From Anaerovoracaceae bacterium (lineage in GTDB: Bacteria > Bacillota > Clostridia > Peptostreptococcales > Anaerovoracaceae), in the NCBI GenBank assembly GCA_050953365.1, contig JBMNMN010000009.1:117313-181312 (forward strand): a DNA stretch of 64,000 nt. The letters are read 5' to 3'. Both the position numbers and the translations under genes were made by a program. The first letter of the stretch is position 1; each line of letters starts with the position of its first letter. This document shows positions 10,303 to 20,414 of this stretch, in pieces. Under the pieces are notes generated by a model that saw nothing but the letters and a program-made list of their open reading frames with translations, did no database searches and had not been told where the DNA came from.

Positions 10303-10521
10303 CTAAAGCACCCTCCTGTTATAAATATTGAATGGAATTCCGTCCCAACCGCCGTTGCTATTTAATATAGATGCAATGCCAGCGTTTATGACAAGATAAC
10401 CGTCTTTGCTTTGACAGGCAGATCTCCCGAAAGTCTTCCTGAACATTATTCATCTATTGTTTCCGGGTTCCATACGTTTTGCAAATAGTATACCATTCCA
10501 CGGCATAAATGGCAAAGAAAA

Positions 10522-11037
10522 TTATATTTTGCTCGTATCCGAATTTTCTCCTTCCGTTTCTTTTTTGCCGGAAACTTCTGCATATTTCGGGTCTCTGAAA
10601 AGGGGAAGCCGGGCGATGAGCATTGTAAATACTGCGGCAAAAATGAGACGCCCAACAGAGATCACCAATACATTTGCGCCTACGGTTCCCCAAATTGCGG
10701 TAGTTTCAATAATACCATGGCAGATGAAAAAGAAAACGGCAATCAGTATGAAATCCTTTTGAGGCAAGGGATCTTTTTTATTCATTTCGATGAGGGTCCC
10801 TGCGCCGTAGGTTACTCCCATGATTGTAGCCACCAATAAAGGAAGTATGGCCGGCGGGGAAAGTCCCAGCACTTTTGTTACGACAGTTAATTTTTTCGAT
10901 AACTTCTCCATGACGTGAAACACTTGTAAGAATTCAATCAGGATCATCAGAGGTATGAGTACCTTCAAGACATTAATGACCGTAGACAAGCTGCCGAATA
11001 GAAATTCATTTATAATTACGGACCATGAAGCTGTCAT
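10522..11037 (-). CDS. nucleoside-recognition (Gate) domain membrane protein
   Basis: 171-aa polytopic hydrophobic protein resembling FeoB-type Gate domains. Its start overlaps the upstream partner's stop by 4 bp (ATGA). Confidence 0.55.
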   Translation of the reverse strand: MTASWSVIINEFLFGSLSTVINVLKVLIPLMILIEFLQVFHVMEKLSKKLTVVTKVLGLSPPAILPLLVATIMGVTYGAGTLIEMNKKDPLPQKDFILIAVFFFICHGIIETTAIWGTVGANVLVISVGRLIFAAVFTMLIARLPLFRDPKYAEVSGKKETEGENSDTSKI

Positions 11038-11468
11038 AGAAGAACACCCCCGATCCGTGAAATGATCAGTCCGACGATAACCGCGGCAAAAACGCGATAA
11101 AGAACGAACTTGCCCGCAGGAAGTCCGATCTTTCGGCTCAGGGCATATTCAACAGGCAGAGAATGACAGACGAGCCCCATCATGGCAATGGTTGTCAACT
11201 CTGCAGAAGTAAAACCAAATTGAGTTGCGGCGGCAATGGCGCCATATTCATCTGTAAACAATCCGCTAATGATAGGAATGACTGCATCTCCGGGGAGCAG
11301 GAAAATTTTCATGGTAGGCTCAAAAACTTTCGCCAGAAATGACATGACGGGAGAGTATTTAATAAGCACCACCAGCGCATAAACAGGTAAAACCACCTTC
11401 ATTAACGTGAGGGTGGTTTTAATCGCTTTGATAAAACCCGTTTTTATGATTTGAATCACAAGACTCAT
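11034..11468 (-). CDS. nucleoside-recognition (Gate) domain membrane protein
   Basis: 144-aa hydrophobic protein with SD GGAGG upstream. Translationally coupled to 10522..11037. Confidence 0.55.
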   Translation of the reverse strand: MSLVIQIIKTGFIKAIKTTLTLMKVVLPVYALVVLIKYSPVMSFLAKVFEPTMKIFLLPGDAVIPIISGLFTDEYGAIAAATQFGFTSAELTTIAMMGLVCHSLPVEYALSRKIGLPAGKFVLYRVFAAVIVGLIISRIGGVLL

Positions 11469-11498
11469 GGAAATCCTCCGCAGTATTGCCGAGCAGCA

Positions 11499-12893
11499 TT
11501 AGAAATCAGCGGATTTGGGCGTTCTCGGGAAGGGCAGAACATCGCGAATATTGGACATCCCCGTAATGTACATGATGATCCGCTCAAATCCCAGTCCATA
11601 GCCTGCGTGCTTGACACCGCCATACTTTCTTAAGTCCATATACCATCTGTATTCTTCTTCTTCGAGGCCTACCTCTCTAATCCGATCAAGCAGCAGGTCG
11701 TAACGTTCCTCTCTCTGGCTTCCTCCGACGATCTCGCCCACTCCGGGAACCAGTAAATCCATAGCGGCTACGGTTTTTCCGTCGTCGTTTAAGCGCATGT
11801 AAAAGGCCTTTATCTCCTTGGGATAGTCTGTTACAAATACAGGTTTATTAAATATCTTTTCTGTAATATATCGCTCATGCTCCGTCTGCAGATCCATGCC
11901 CCATTCCACGGGATACTGGAAAGTCGCTTTGGATTGCTTCAACAGGTCGATGGCCTCCGTGTAGCTGATGCGCTGAAAATCCGAGTCCACAATGTTCTGC
12001 AAACGGTCAAGTAAACCTTTATCGATGAATTCGCTGAAGAAGGCCATGTCCTGAGGCGCGTTTTCCATAACATAACGAATAATATATTTGATCATATCCT
12101 CCGCCAGATCCATATTGTCGGAGAGGTCTGCGAAAGCGACCTCAGGCTCGATCATCCAAAACTCCGAAGCGTGTCTTGATGTGTTGGAATTTTCGGCTCG
12201 GAAGGTGGGACCGAATGTGTAAACCTTACGGAAGGCCAAGGCAAAGGCTTCCGCCTCAAGCTGCCCGCTTACGGTAAGATTGGTGGATTTGCCGAAGAAA
12301 TCCTGACTGTAATCCACTTTTCCGTCCGGAGTACGCGGCGGAGATTCCAAGTCAAGAGTCGTAACGCGGAACATCTGTCCGGCGCCTTCTGCGTCGCTGC
12401 CGGTAATAATGGGAGAATGCACATAAATAAATCCACGTTCCTGAAAGAACTTGTGAATCGCATACGCCACTAAGGACCTGACCCTAAAAACGGCTGAGAA
12501 CGTATTGCTCCTTGGACGCAGATGGGCGATTTCCCTTAGAAACTCCAGGCTGTGCCGCTTTTTCTGCAACGGATAATCTGCCGCGGAACCTGCTTCAACC
12601 GAAACCTGCGCAGCCTTGATCTCGAAAGGCTGCTTGGCTTCCGGAGTCAGAACCAAGGTCCCCTTCACCGTTAAACCGGATGCGATAGGTATCTTTGCGA
12701 TTTCATCGAAGTTGTGGATGATGTCCTTTTCGTACACCACTTGAACGGATTTAAAACAGCTGCCGTCATTGAGCTCGATAAATCCAAACCGATTGGAGCT
12801 GCGATTTGTACGCACCCAACCGCTGACTTGTACCTCTTTATTCGCAAAATCTTTTGGAGCATCAAATATCTCTTTTACCGATATGTCTTTCAT
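11499..12893 (-). CDS. asnS: asparagine--tRNA ligase
   Basis: 464 aa. N-terminal OB fold ([23 protein letters not shown]), class II core motifs, and a C-terminus [11 protein letters not shown] typical of AsnRS. Confidence 0.9.
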   Translation of the reverse strand: MKDISVKEIFDAPKDFANKEVQVSGWVRTNRSSNRFGFIELNDGSCFKSVQVVYEKDIIHNFDEIAKIPIASGLTVKGTLVLTPEAKQPFEIKAAQVSVEAGSAADYPLQKKRHSLEFLREIAHLRPRSNTFSAVFRVRSLVAYAIHKFFQERGFIYVHSPIITGSDAEGAGQMFRVTTLDLESPPRTPDGKVDYSQDFFGKSTNLTVSGQLEAEAFALAFRKVYTFGPTFRAENSNTSRHASEFWMIEPEVAFADLSDNMDLAEDMIKYIIRYVMENAPQDMAFFSEFIDKGLLDRLQNIVDSDFQRISYTEAIDLLKQSKATFQYPVEWGMDLQTEHERYITEKIFNKPVFVTDYPKEIKAFYMRLNDDGKTVAAMDLLVPGVGEIVGGSQREERYDLLLDRIREVGLEEEEYRWYMDLRKYGGVKHAGYGLGFERIIMYITGMSNIRDVLPFPRTPKSADF

Positions 12894-12961
12894 CCTGTAA
12901 CCTATACCTTCTTTTTCAGTGTTGTTCTCTATCAGCTAACGCCGGCGGAATTTTAACAAGC

Positions 12962-14491
12962 TTAAAGAGGTTTCATTGTTGGGAATAGTATTATATCCCT
13001 AATCGTCGGCGCATCGGTGAGCAACATGATCACCCTATCGATGCCGATCCCCAGGCCTCCTGTGGGCGGAAGCCCTACCTCTAAGGCGTTGACGAAATCT
13101 TCGTCCATGGGATGGGCTTCGTCATCCGTTCCGGCATCTAACTGGGCCTGCTGCTCCTTGAACCGATTATATTGGTCGATGGGATCATTGAGCTCGGAAA
13201 AGGCGTTAGCAATTTCCCATCCGTTGATATATGCCTCAAATCTTCTGGTAATTCGCGGGTCTTTTGGATCGCGTTTGGAAAGCGGCGAAATTTCCACGGG
13301 ATGCCCCGTGACGAAAATGGGCCCGTCCAAATATCCCGGCGCATCTTCGCAATATGCTTCGAACATCTCTGCGATAATCTTTCCTCTTGAGAGTCCCTTT
13401 ATCTCATCCTTGTCCATGCCGTAGGCGATGGCGGCTGCCTGCGCTTCCTCGTCCGTGTCGATCTTTGAGAAGTCCACGCCGGTGATTTCGGCAACGGCTT
13501 CTGTCATATCCACCTTCTTCCATGGCGGAGTTAAATCAAAGGTTTTACCTTGATACTCGATGATCATGGAGCCATTGGCCTTGAGAGCCGCTTGGGACAC
13601 CACCTGTTCGGTGACATCCATCACGCTTTCCATGTTACCGTAGGCCATGTAGCATTCCATGGACGTAAACTCCGGGTTATGGTTTTTATCCATTCCTTCG
13701 TTTCGGAACATCTTGCCCATTTCATAGACTCTGTCCAATCCACCTACAATCAGCCTCTTCAGGTACAGTTCATTGGAAATGCGCAGTTTCATGTCGATAT
13801 CCAGAGCATTGTGATGGGTAACAAAAGGCCTTGCATTTGCGCCGCCGGCAATGATTGTAAGGATCGGCGTATCTACTTCCAGGAATCCGTATTGATCCTC
13901 CAGAACGCGCTTTATCTCATGGATAATCTCCGCGCGTTTTCTGAACAGGGCGGCAACTTCCGGATTTACTATGAGATCCACATATCTCTGGCGATAGCGC
14001 ATATCCACGTCCTTCAGACCATGCCACTTATCCGGCAGAGGCTGAAGGGCTTTGCACAGCAATACAAGTGTGTGGCATTTCACGGATATCTCTCCGTGCC
14101 TTGTCCGGAACACTTCCCCTACGACTCCTACGATATCGCCTATATCATAAGTGAGAAAGATCTCATATTCTTCCGGAGTGATCGCGTCTTGGCGAACGTA
14201 GATCTGGATTCGGCCCTGCTTGTCCTGAATATCTATAAAAGAGGCTTTTCCCATTTGCCTCTTCGCCATAATCCTTCCTGCAATGGAGACTTCTTGTCCT
14301 TCCATGGAATCAAACCGGTCTTTAATATCTCCGCTGTGGTGAGTTACATCCCATGTCTCTATCAGATAGGGGTTTCTCCCCATTTCCTGAAGCTTGGCCA
14401 GTTTTTCGCGACGGATCCTTCTTTGTTCCGTAAGATCAAGCTCTTGCTCTAAATCTGTATTTTCTATATTTATGTTTCTCTCTTCACTCAT
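12962..14491 (-). CDS. lysS: lysine--tRNA ligase (class II)
   Basis: LysRS-type OB fold plus class II catalytic core. Start moved to ATG 14491 (MSEERN...), which has GGAGG 7 nt upstream. Confidence 0.9.
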   Translation of the reverse strand: MSEERNINIENTDLEQELDLTEQRRIRREKLAKLQEMGRNPYLIETWDVTHHSGDIKDRFDSMEGQEVSIAGRIMAKRQMGKASFIDIQDKQGRIQIYVRQDAITPEEYEIFLTYDIGDIVGVVGEVFRTRHGEISVKCHTLVLLCKALQPLPDKWHGLKDVDMRYRQRYVDLIVNPEVAALFRKRAEIIHEIKRVLEDQYGFLEVDTPILTIIAGGANARPFVTHHNALDIDMKLRISNELYLKRLIVGGLDRVYEMGKMFRNEGMDKNHNPEFTSMECYMAYGNMESVMDVTEQVVSQAALKANGSMIIEYQGKTFDLTPPWKKVDMTEAVAEITGVDFSKIDTDEEAQAAAIAYGMDKDEIKGLSRGKIIAEMFEAYCEDAPGYLDGPIFVTGHPVEISPLSKRDPKDPRITRRFEAYINGWEIANAFSELNDPIDQYNRFKEQQAQLDAGTDDEAHPMDEDFVNALEVGLPPTGGLGIGIDRVIMLLTDAPTIRDIILFPTMKPL

Positions 14492-14535
14492 ACTTTTACC
14501 TCCGGAGCCTATTGTCACCCTTCGCGCTGCCGGTG

Positions 14536-15021
14536 TTATGCTTTGGCATCCTTGTAGATATCAAGGATCTCATAGCGAACAATCCCGTCGGGCACATGTA
14601 CCTCTGCTATATCTCCTATCTTTTTCCCTATCAACTGTTTTCCAACTTCCGATTCATTTGAAATCTTTCCTTCAAAGGGATCCGCTTCCGTGGATCCTAC
14701 TATCGTAAAGTCGATAACATCGCCGTCAGGCAGTTCTTTAATCTTGACGTTGAGACCGACGTTTACATGATCATCCGGAATTTCACTGTGGTCAAGAATC
14801 TTGGCATTTCTTATCATATGCTCCAGCTTCATGATCCTCTCTTCCAGTTCCGCCTGCTCATTCTTTGCAGCATCATATTCAGAGTTCTCCGAAATATCAC
14901 CGTAAGAGATGGCTTCCTTTATCCGCTCTGCCACCTCTTTCCGTTTCACCGTAACCATTTCGTCGTACTCTGCAACGATACTATCATACCCTTCTTTGGT
15001 CAATAGAATAACTTCGGACAT
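14536..15021 (-). CDS. greA: transcription elongation factor GreA
   Basis: GreA/GreB-family coiled-coil plus C-terminal domain. Start moved to ATG 15021 (MSEVILLTKEGYD), preceded by GGAGGAG. Confidence 0.9.
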   Translation of the reverse strand: MSEVILLTKEGYDSIVAEYDEMVTVKRKEVAERIKEAISYGDISENSEYDAAKNEQAELEERIMKLEHMIRNAKILDHSEIPDDHVNVGLNVKIKELPDGDVIDFTIVGSTEADPFEGKISNESEVGKQLIGKKIGDIAEVHVPDGIVRYEILDIYKDAKA

Positions 15022-15290
15022 TGAAATTCTCCTCCACTTCGGCGAAGGAGGCAAACAAGTTGCCCCTTCTGATTGTTTTTTCTATTATATTTAAATGCTG
15101 CAAAATTATAACGCTCAAGTTGAAAAATCTCGATTGTAGAAATTTTCTTTTCCTCTGTGCGTTTCAACGAGGCGATAAACCCTCGCCTCGTTTGTTGTAA
15201 ATTGCCTGCCTATATGCGGCTTATTGTACAACAACATGCGCTAAAAGTCAAGGAAATCGCAGGGAAAATACGGCAATCACACCAAATCCG

Positions 15291-16310
15291 TTAAGGGCGT
15301 AAAACAGAAATCAGGTCTTCCGCCGTAACGGCGCTGTTTGCCCTGCGGCGTAACTCCGCCGCGCCGGGTGTTCCCTTCAGATACCAGCCGATATGTTTGC
15401 GCATTTCCAGCACTGCCTGCCTTTCGCCCTTTTCCGCAATCTGCATATCGATATGCCGCAATACTACTTTAATCTTTTCGTCGCCGGTAAGGGGCAACGA
15501 AGAACGTCCTTCGTAAAGACAAAGGGCGTCCCTGAAAATCCAGGGGTTCCCCAAGGCCCCTCTGGCAATCATTACAAAGTCACAGCCCGTTTCCTCGAGC
15601 ATTCTATTCGCATCTTCCGCCGTAAAAATATCTCCGCTGCCGATAACCGGAATGGACAGCAGGCTCTTTACTTCAGCGATGGCGCTCCAGTCCGCTTTTC
15701 CGCTGTACATCTGTTCTCTGGTTCTGGCATGTACCGCCAAGGCGGCGGCTCCGGATGCTTCCATTCTTTTAGCAAATTCCCGGAGATTGATCCGGTTGCG
15801 ATCCCATCCCAGCCTGCACTTTACGGTTATGGGCTTCGGCGGTCTGTCCGATTTAGCCGCGGCTTTCTCTTCTGCACGAACCATAGCGGATACAATTTCC
15901 GATGCGAGGTCGGGATCTTTCATCAAAGCTGCGCCTTCTCCGTTTTTCGCCACCTTCGGCACCGGGCAGCCCATATTCACATCAATTATACAGTTATCCC
16001 GATCTGCCAGCTTTTCAACAGCCCAAGCCATGATGTCCGGTTCCGACCCAAAGAGTTGATAGGCTATGGGACGCTCTTCCGGATAGAAATCCAGAAGCTG
16101 CTCCGTTTTCTTACCGTCATAATAAAGACCTTTGGCGCTGACCATTTCCGAATAGACTAGCGCTGCTCCTTGTTCTTTACATATCCTGCGAAAAGGGCTG
16201 TCTGTGATCCCTGCCAGCGGCGCAAGAAGAAAAGGGCTCTCCAATGTTACGTTCCCGATCTTAAATTCTTTTTTCTTATGTTCCACAGGCGACCCCCTTC
16301 TTTGCTCCAC
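15291..16310 (-). CDS. dusB: tRNA-dihydrouridine synthase
   Basis: Dus-family TIM-barrel protein (LAPLAGITD, FMN-site blocks). The ORF opens with GTG at 16310. An alternative GTG at 16286 has a better-spaced SD, so the start is uncertain. Confidence 0.8.
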   Translation of the reverse strand: MEQRRGSPVEHKKKEFKIGNVTLESPFLLAPLAGITDSPFRRICKEQGAALVYSEMVSAKGLYYDGKKTEQLLDFYPEERPIAYQLFGSEPDIMAWAVEKLADRDNCIIDVNMGCPVPKVAKNGEGAALMKDPDLASEIVSAMVRAEEKAAAKSDRPPKPITVKCRLGWDRNRINLREFAKRMEASGAAALAVHARTREQMYSGKADWSAIAEVKSLLSIPVIGSGDIFTAEDANRMLEETGCDFVMIARGALGNPWIFRDALCLYEGRSSLPLTGDEKIKVVLRHIDMQIAEKGERQAVLEMRKHIGWYLKGTPGAAELRRRANSAVTAEDLISVLRP

Positions 16311-16395
16311 TTTCTCCAGGATCGGACATTAAGTTCTTTAGAAATACAACTTAAGAGATTCCTCAGACAACTCCTGCTTTACTTCCTTGATTCTA

Positions 16396-16665
16396 TCAAC
16401 TATTTATCAACTATTTTTTTCTGATTTGCTAATTATAGTTGATTTTCCGATAATATAGATATAGTTTTTCTCAAAAAATCTGCAAAAATCAACTAGATTT
16501 AACGATTCCGGAGTTATTAGTTGACTTTTTCCCTTAAATGTCAACTGATTTTTCTTTAAAATAGAATTTTAGTTGATTTTCTCTATTTTAACCCGGCTTT
16601 TGGCCTTTCTTTAGAACAAAAATCAACTAATTTGGCCCACAAGGGGTTATATTAGTTGATTTTTG
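16396..16665. repeat. array of four hyphenated palindromic units (TCAACT-N24/25-AGTTGA), locus 1
   Basis: Left-arm cores at 16407, 16489, 16541 and 16623. Right-arm cores at 16437, 16519, 16571 and 16654. Arms extend to about AAAAATCAACTAAT / ATTAGTTGATTTTT. One extra lone TCAACT at 16396. Confidence 0.9.
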
Positions 16666-16735
16666 TTCCATTTTAAGAATCATAGCCAAGCTTATGGTCG
16701 TATAGCCAAGGGGCTTGTCCCCGTACTTGGTTTAA

Positions 16736-17860
16736 TTAATAACCGCTGAACATGGAGAGCAGCACTCCTGCAGCAACGGCAGATCCGATTACGCCTGCTA
16801 CGTTGGGACCCATGGCATGCATCAGAAGGAAGTTTCCGGGAAGCTCTTCCTGTCCCACCTTCTGAGAAACGCGAGCCGCCATCGGTACAGCGGATACACC
16901 CGCCGAACCGATCAACGGATTGATGGTTCCTCCGGAGACCACGTTCATCAGCTTGGCGATCAACACGCCTCCCGCCGTTCCTATTATAAACGCTACAACT
17001 CCCAAAAATACGATCTGTATGGTATCCAGCACAAGGAAAGTGGGACCAACAGCCGATGCTCCTACCGATGTACCTAGAAGGATCGTTACAATATTTATCA
17101 GAGCGTTGGCAGCGGTGTCGGACAGACGCAAGGTCTTTCCACTTTCCTTAAACAGGTTCCCCAGCATGAGCATACCAACAAGTGGCGCTGCATCCGGCAG
17201 TATCAGGGAGACCACTGTCGTTACCATAATGGGGAAGAGTATCTTTTCACGCTGGCTCACCGGCCGCAGTTGCTGCATCTTGATGGTGCGCTCTTTTTTT
17301 GTAGTGAGCAGCCTCATGATGGGCGGCTGGATTACCGGTACTAAGGCCATGTAGGAATAAGCCGCAACCGCAATGGCGCCCAAAAGGTGCGGGGCCAGTT
17401 TCGTTGTTAAGAAAATCGCCGTCGGCCCGTCCGCTCCACCGATGATACCGATGGAGGCGGCTTCTTGCGCATTGAAGCCTGCCAGCAGCACGGCTCCTAA
17501 AAAGCTTGTGAAGATTCCAAACTGAGCTCCTGCTCCCATCAGAAGGGATCTGGGGTTGGCAATCAGAGGACCGAAGTCTGTCATGGCGCCTACGCCCATG
17601 AAGATCAGGGGCGGTAAAATACCCATTTTATTCAGTTGATAGAACCAGTAAAAGAGCCCACCTTCACTAAACATCCCGGACATAGGCAAATTAGACAAGA
17701 GCATACCAAAGGCAATGGGTACCAAAAGCAGGGGTTCAAATCCGTGACGTATTGCCAAATAGAGGAACAGGAAAGCTACCCCAATCATAATGGCGCTCTT
17801 GTAATCCATATTCATAATACCGGTGGTATGAATAAAGTTATTTATAGTTTCTAATATCAT
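16736..17860 (-). CDS. mmdB: Na+-translocating decarboxylase beta subunit (methylmalonyl-CoA decarboxylase context)
   Basis: 374-aa polytopic membrane protein of the OadB/GcdB/MmdB family. Last gene of the carboxyltransferase-OadG-BCCP cluster. Confidence 0.8.
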   Translation of the reverse strand: MILETINNFIHTTGIMNMDYKSAIMIGVAFLFLYLAIRHGFEPLLLVPIAFGMLLSNLPMSGMFSEGGLFYWFYQLNKMGILPPLIFMGVGAMTDFGPLIANPRSLLMGAGAQFGIFTSFLGAVLLAGFNAQEAASIGIIGGADGPTAIFLTTKLAPHLLGAIAVAAYSYMALVPVIQPPIMRLLTTKKERTIKMQQLRPVSQREKILFPIMVTTVVSLILPDAAPLVGMLMLGNLFKESGKTLRLSDTAANALINIVTILLGTSVGASAVGPTFLVLDTIQIVFLGVVAFIIGTAGGVLIAKLMNVVSGGTINPLIGSAGVSAVPMAARVSQKVGQEELPGNFLLMHAMGPNVAGVIGSAVAAGVLLSMFSGY

Positions 17861-17919
17861 TTACGTTCCCTCTCCCTTTCTCTCTTTTTCGGAGCGGTAT
17901 CATGCTCCTCCATTCCTTT

Positions 17920-18339
17920 TTACTTCAGAGAGAGCAATATGTCGCCGGTATTAACGGAAGCGCCCTTGACCACTTGAACTGTATCCACAACACCCGCTCT
18001 GGGCGCCAGGATTTCATTTTCCATTTTCATGGCTTCCAGCATGACCAAAATCTGGCCTTCCGTTACCGAATCTCCCGGTTTCACTCTCACGTCCAAAATG
18101 GTTCCCGGCATGGGAGCCTCAACGGTCATAGCGCCTGCTGCGGGAGCGGCCGCGGGAGCAGGGGCTTCCTTCGGCGCAGGGGCCGGAGCCGCAGGAGCGG
18201 GAGCCGGTGCTGCTGCAGGTGCAGGAGCTGCTGCGGGTGCAGGAGCCGGTGCAGGTGTCGCAACGGGGGCTGCGCCGCCAACTTCTTCAACTTCAACTGA
18301 ATATGCAACGCCGTTTACAACGATATTATATTTCTTCAT
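17920..18339 (-). CDS. mmdC: biotin carboxyl carrier subunit of the decarboxylase
   Basis: 139 aa. Ala/Pro-rich linker, then a biotinyl domain with EAMKMENEI. Confidence 0.85.
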   Translation of the reverse strand: MKKYNIVVNGVAYSVEVEEVGGAAPVATPAPAPAPAAAPAPAAAPAPAPAAPAPAPKEAPAPAAAPAAGAMTVEAPMPGTILDVRVKPGDSVTEGQILVMLEAMKMENEILAPRAGVVDTVQVVKGASVNTGDILLSLK

Positions 18340-18356
18340 CTCTTTATTCTCCTCGT

Positions 18357-19947
18357 ATTATAAAGTAGTAGTGTTTATAGTCCCTCTCCAAGGACTTAAT
18401 GCTATACTTCTTACAGACGCTGTGGATTAGTCCTAGTCTCCTAACGCTTGACGTTTTAAGAAAGGCTATAACCACAGTCGTTTGCTTAAGTGGTAATTAG
18501 TTGGATAACGCATGACGTTTCATTTAGCACGAGGTTACATTGGGCAAACCGGTCTGTGGAAGAAAACAGTGTCAATACAAATTCAAAGGAGAAGCCACTA
18601 TGATTTATGTCGGTATTGATGTTGCTAAGGACAAGCACGATTGTATCATCGTTGATTCGGATGGGGTGATCCGTTTCCCGACGTTCACCATCCCAAACAA
18701 CAAACAGGGGTTTCGTGAATTGCTTACAAATCTCAAGACATGTGGGAGTGATTTCGCTCAAATTAAAGTAGGACTGGAAGCTACCGGTCACTACAGCGAT
18801 AATCTTTTGGAGTTTCTGATCGCCAATGATCTCCCCACTACGGTAATCAATCCGTTACATACCAATCTTTACAGAAAAGGTCTAAGCCTTAGAAAGACGA
18901 AAACGGATACGGTCGATGCTCACTCGATTGTGACTATGCTTAGGACAGAATGCTTAAAGCCCTACTCGAAAACATCTTACCATGTCCGCGAACTTAAGTC
19001 ACTAACAAGATACCGCTTCTCTTTGGTGCAAGATTGCGCAAGACTCAAATCCTCTTATGCAAGACTTTGCGTCATCCTTTTCCCTGAATTGGAGAAGCTG
19101 GTCCCGTCGCTGCATATGGCTTCTGTATATGCTCTACTCTCTGAATTTCCAAGCGCAAGAGCCATATCCCAGTGTCACCTTACTAGACTATCTAATCTTC
19201 TTACCACTGCATCCAAGGGGCGCTACGGTAAGGAGAAAGCGATGGAAATCCGGAATGCAGCACGAGACTCCATCGGTCCTTACAGCGACGTGAAATCCTT
19301 AGAATTGCAGCAGACCATCCAAAGGATCCGGATGATGGAAGACCAGATTAAGCAGGTCGAAGCAGAAATCAATCCCATTGTCGATGAATTTCATAGCCCG
19401 CTTCTGACGATTCCCGGAATCTCCTACCGCATGGCTGCCATTCTCATTGCCGAAACAGAAAACTTCAGCAACTTCGATTCGGCGGAGAAGGTGCTTGCCT
19501 TCGCCGGTTTGGAACCTTCCGTTTATCAGTCAGGACAACTGACCTCCACACATGCGAAAATGGTGAAGCGTGGCTCTAAATATCTACGCTACGCCCTATT
19601 TAATGCCGCAAAATATGTCTGCCATTGGGATGGAGGCTTCGGTCAGTACCTTGCGAAGAAGCGTGCTGAGGGCAAACCTTACAACGTGGCCGTTTCCCAT
19701 GCGGCCAAGAAACTGACTCGGGTAATCTTTCACCTTGTGAAAACGAATCAGACCTTCATTAGCCAAGCATAGGCACTATGCCATTGTAATTCCGAGAGCA
19801 GCTCTTTAGGGGTGCTAATTTTGTCATGCAATTATCAAGGTACAGTTTGTCTGAGTTGCATTTCTGCAATTCATCCGAAGTTTTTCATTTTGGGTCTTGA
19901 CTTTTAATAGTTAGTCTTTGTTCTTCAATGTATTAAAGCGCGCTACG
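18357..19947 (+). mobile_element. IS110-family insertion sequence (ends not resolved; maximal interval given)
   Basis: A 1.6-kb insert fills the gap between the OadG-like gene and the BCCP gene and carries an IS110-type transposase on the opposite strand. No terminal IRs were seen, as is typical for this family. Confidence 0.6.
18600..19772 (+). CDS. IS110-family transposase (DEDD recombinase)
   Basis: Start moved to ATG 18600 (MIYVGIDVAKDKHD, DEDD N-terminal domain), with AAAGGAG upstream. C-terminal IS110/Transposase_20-like region (LLTIPGISYRMAAILIAE). Confidence 0.85.
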   Translation: MIYVGIDVAKDKHDCIIVDSDGVIRFPTFTIPNNKQGFRELLTNLKTCGSDFAQIKVGLEATGHYSDNLLEFLIANDLPTTVINPLHTNLYRKGLSLRKTKTDTVDAHSIVTMLRTECLKPYSKTSYHVRELKSLTRYRFSLVQDCARLKSSYARLCVILFPELEKLVPSLHMASVYALLSEFPSARAISQCHLTRLSNLLTTASKGRYGKEKAMEIRNAARDSIGPYSDVKSLELQQTIQRIRMMEDQIKQVEAEINPIVDEFHSPLLTIPGISYRMAAILIAETENFSNFDSAEKVLAFAGLEPSVYQSGQLTSTHAKMVKRGSKYLRYALFNAAKYVCHWDGGFGQYLAKKRAEGKPYNVAVSHAAKKLTRVIFHLVKTNQTFISQA

Positions 19948-20403
19948 CTAAATTTTTCTACTCTCGATGCAATCTGCAGAGCCTGCTACGTTCCAAGGAG
20001 TGCGATTGCCGGAAATCCGGTTTATCTTACGTATTCTCAGATTGCTTATCACTTCATTTCCTTGGCTCGCTGCGATAGCCGCCATGATCACCGCGACCAG
20101 TTCCTGTCCCGATTCAGAGGACGTAGAAACCGTAACGGGCTGCGGGGCAACTTTTTCAACAGCCGGCGCTTCCCCTATTGTACTTACGGATGCCGCGGGC
20201 TGAGGCTGACTTTTTTTCTGCTCGCTCCTTTTGAAAAAACCGGAGGTAAGGGCAATAACTCCCCAAAGCAGAATCAGAATAACAAAGGTCGTACCCATTC
20301 CCATCAGCGTGGTAATCAAACTGGCGGCAACCTTTTCGCCGAAAGTCAGACTTTCGAACAGTGTCGGATCTGCAAACCGTTCCATCAATCCTAATTCTTG
20401 CAC
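19948..20403 (-). CDS. mmdD: OadG-family small subunit of the Na+-pumping decarboxylase
   Basis: 151 aa. One N-terminal TM helix (TTFVILILLWGVIAL) and a Pro/Ala-rich linker. Sits between the carboxyltransferase and BCCP genes. Confidence 0.6.
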   Translation of the reverse strand: MQELGLMERFADPTLFESLTFGEKVAASLITTLMGMGTTFVILILLWGVIALTSGFFKRSEQKKSQPQPAASVSTIGEAPAVEKVAPQPVTVSTSSESGQELVAVIMAAIAASQGNEVISNLRIRKINRISGNRTPWNVAGSADCIESRKI

Positions 20404-20414
20404 TTTTGCACCTC

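Noticed and set aside
16381-16408. dif-like site (starts ACTTCCT, as in Firmicutes dif)
   Set aside because: Only the first 7 nt match. The conserved XerD arm TTATGTAAACT is absent.
17902-18430. Arg/Cys/Gly-rich and Ala/Gly-rich ORFs overlapping the BCCP gene
   Set aside because: They are alternate-frame or antisense readings of the GC-rich Ala/Pro linker repeat of the biotin carrier protein.
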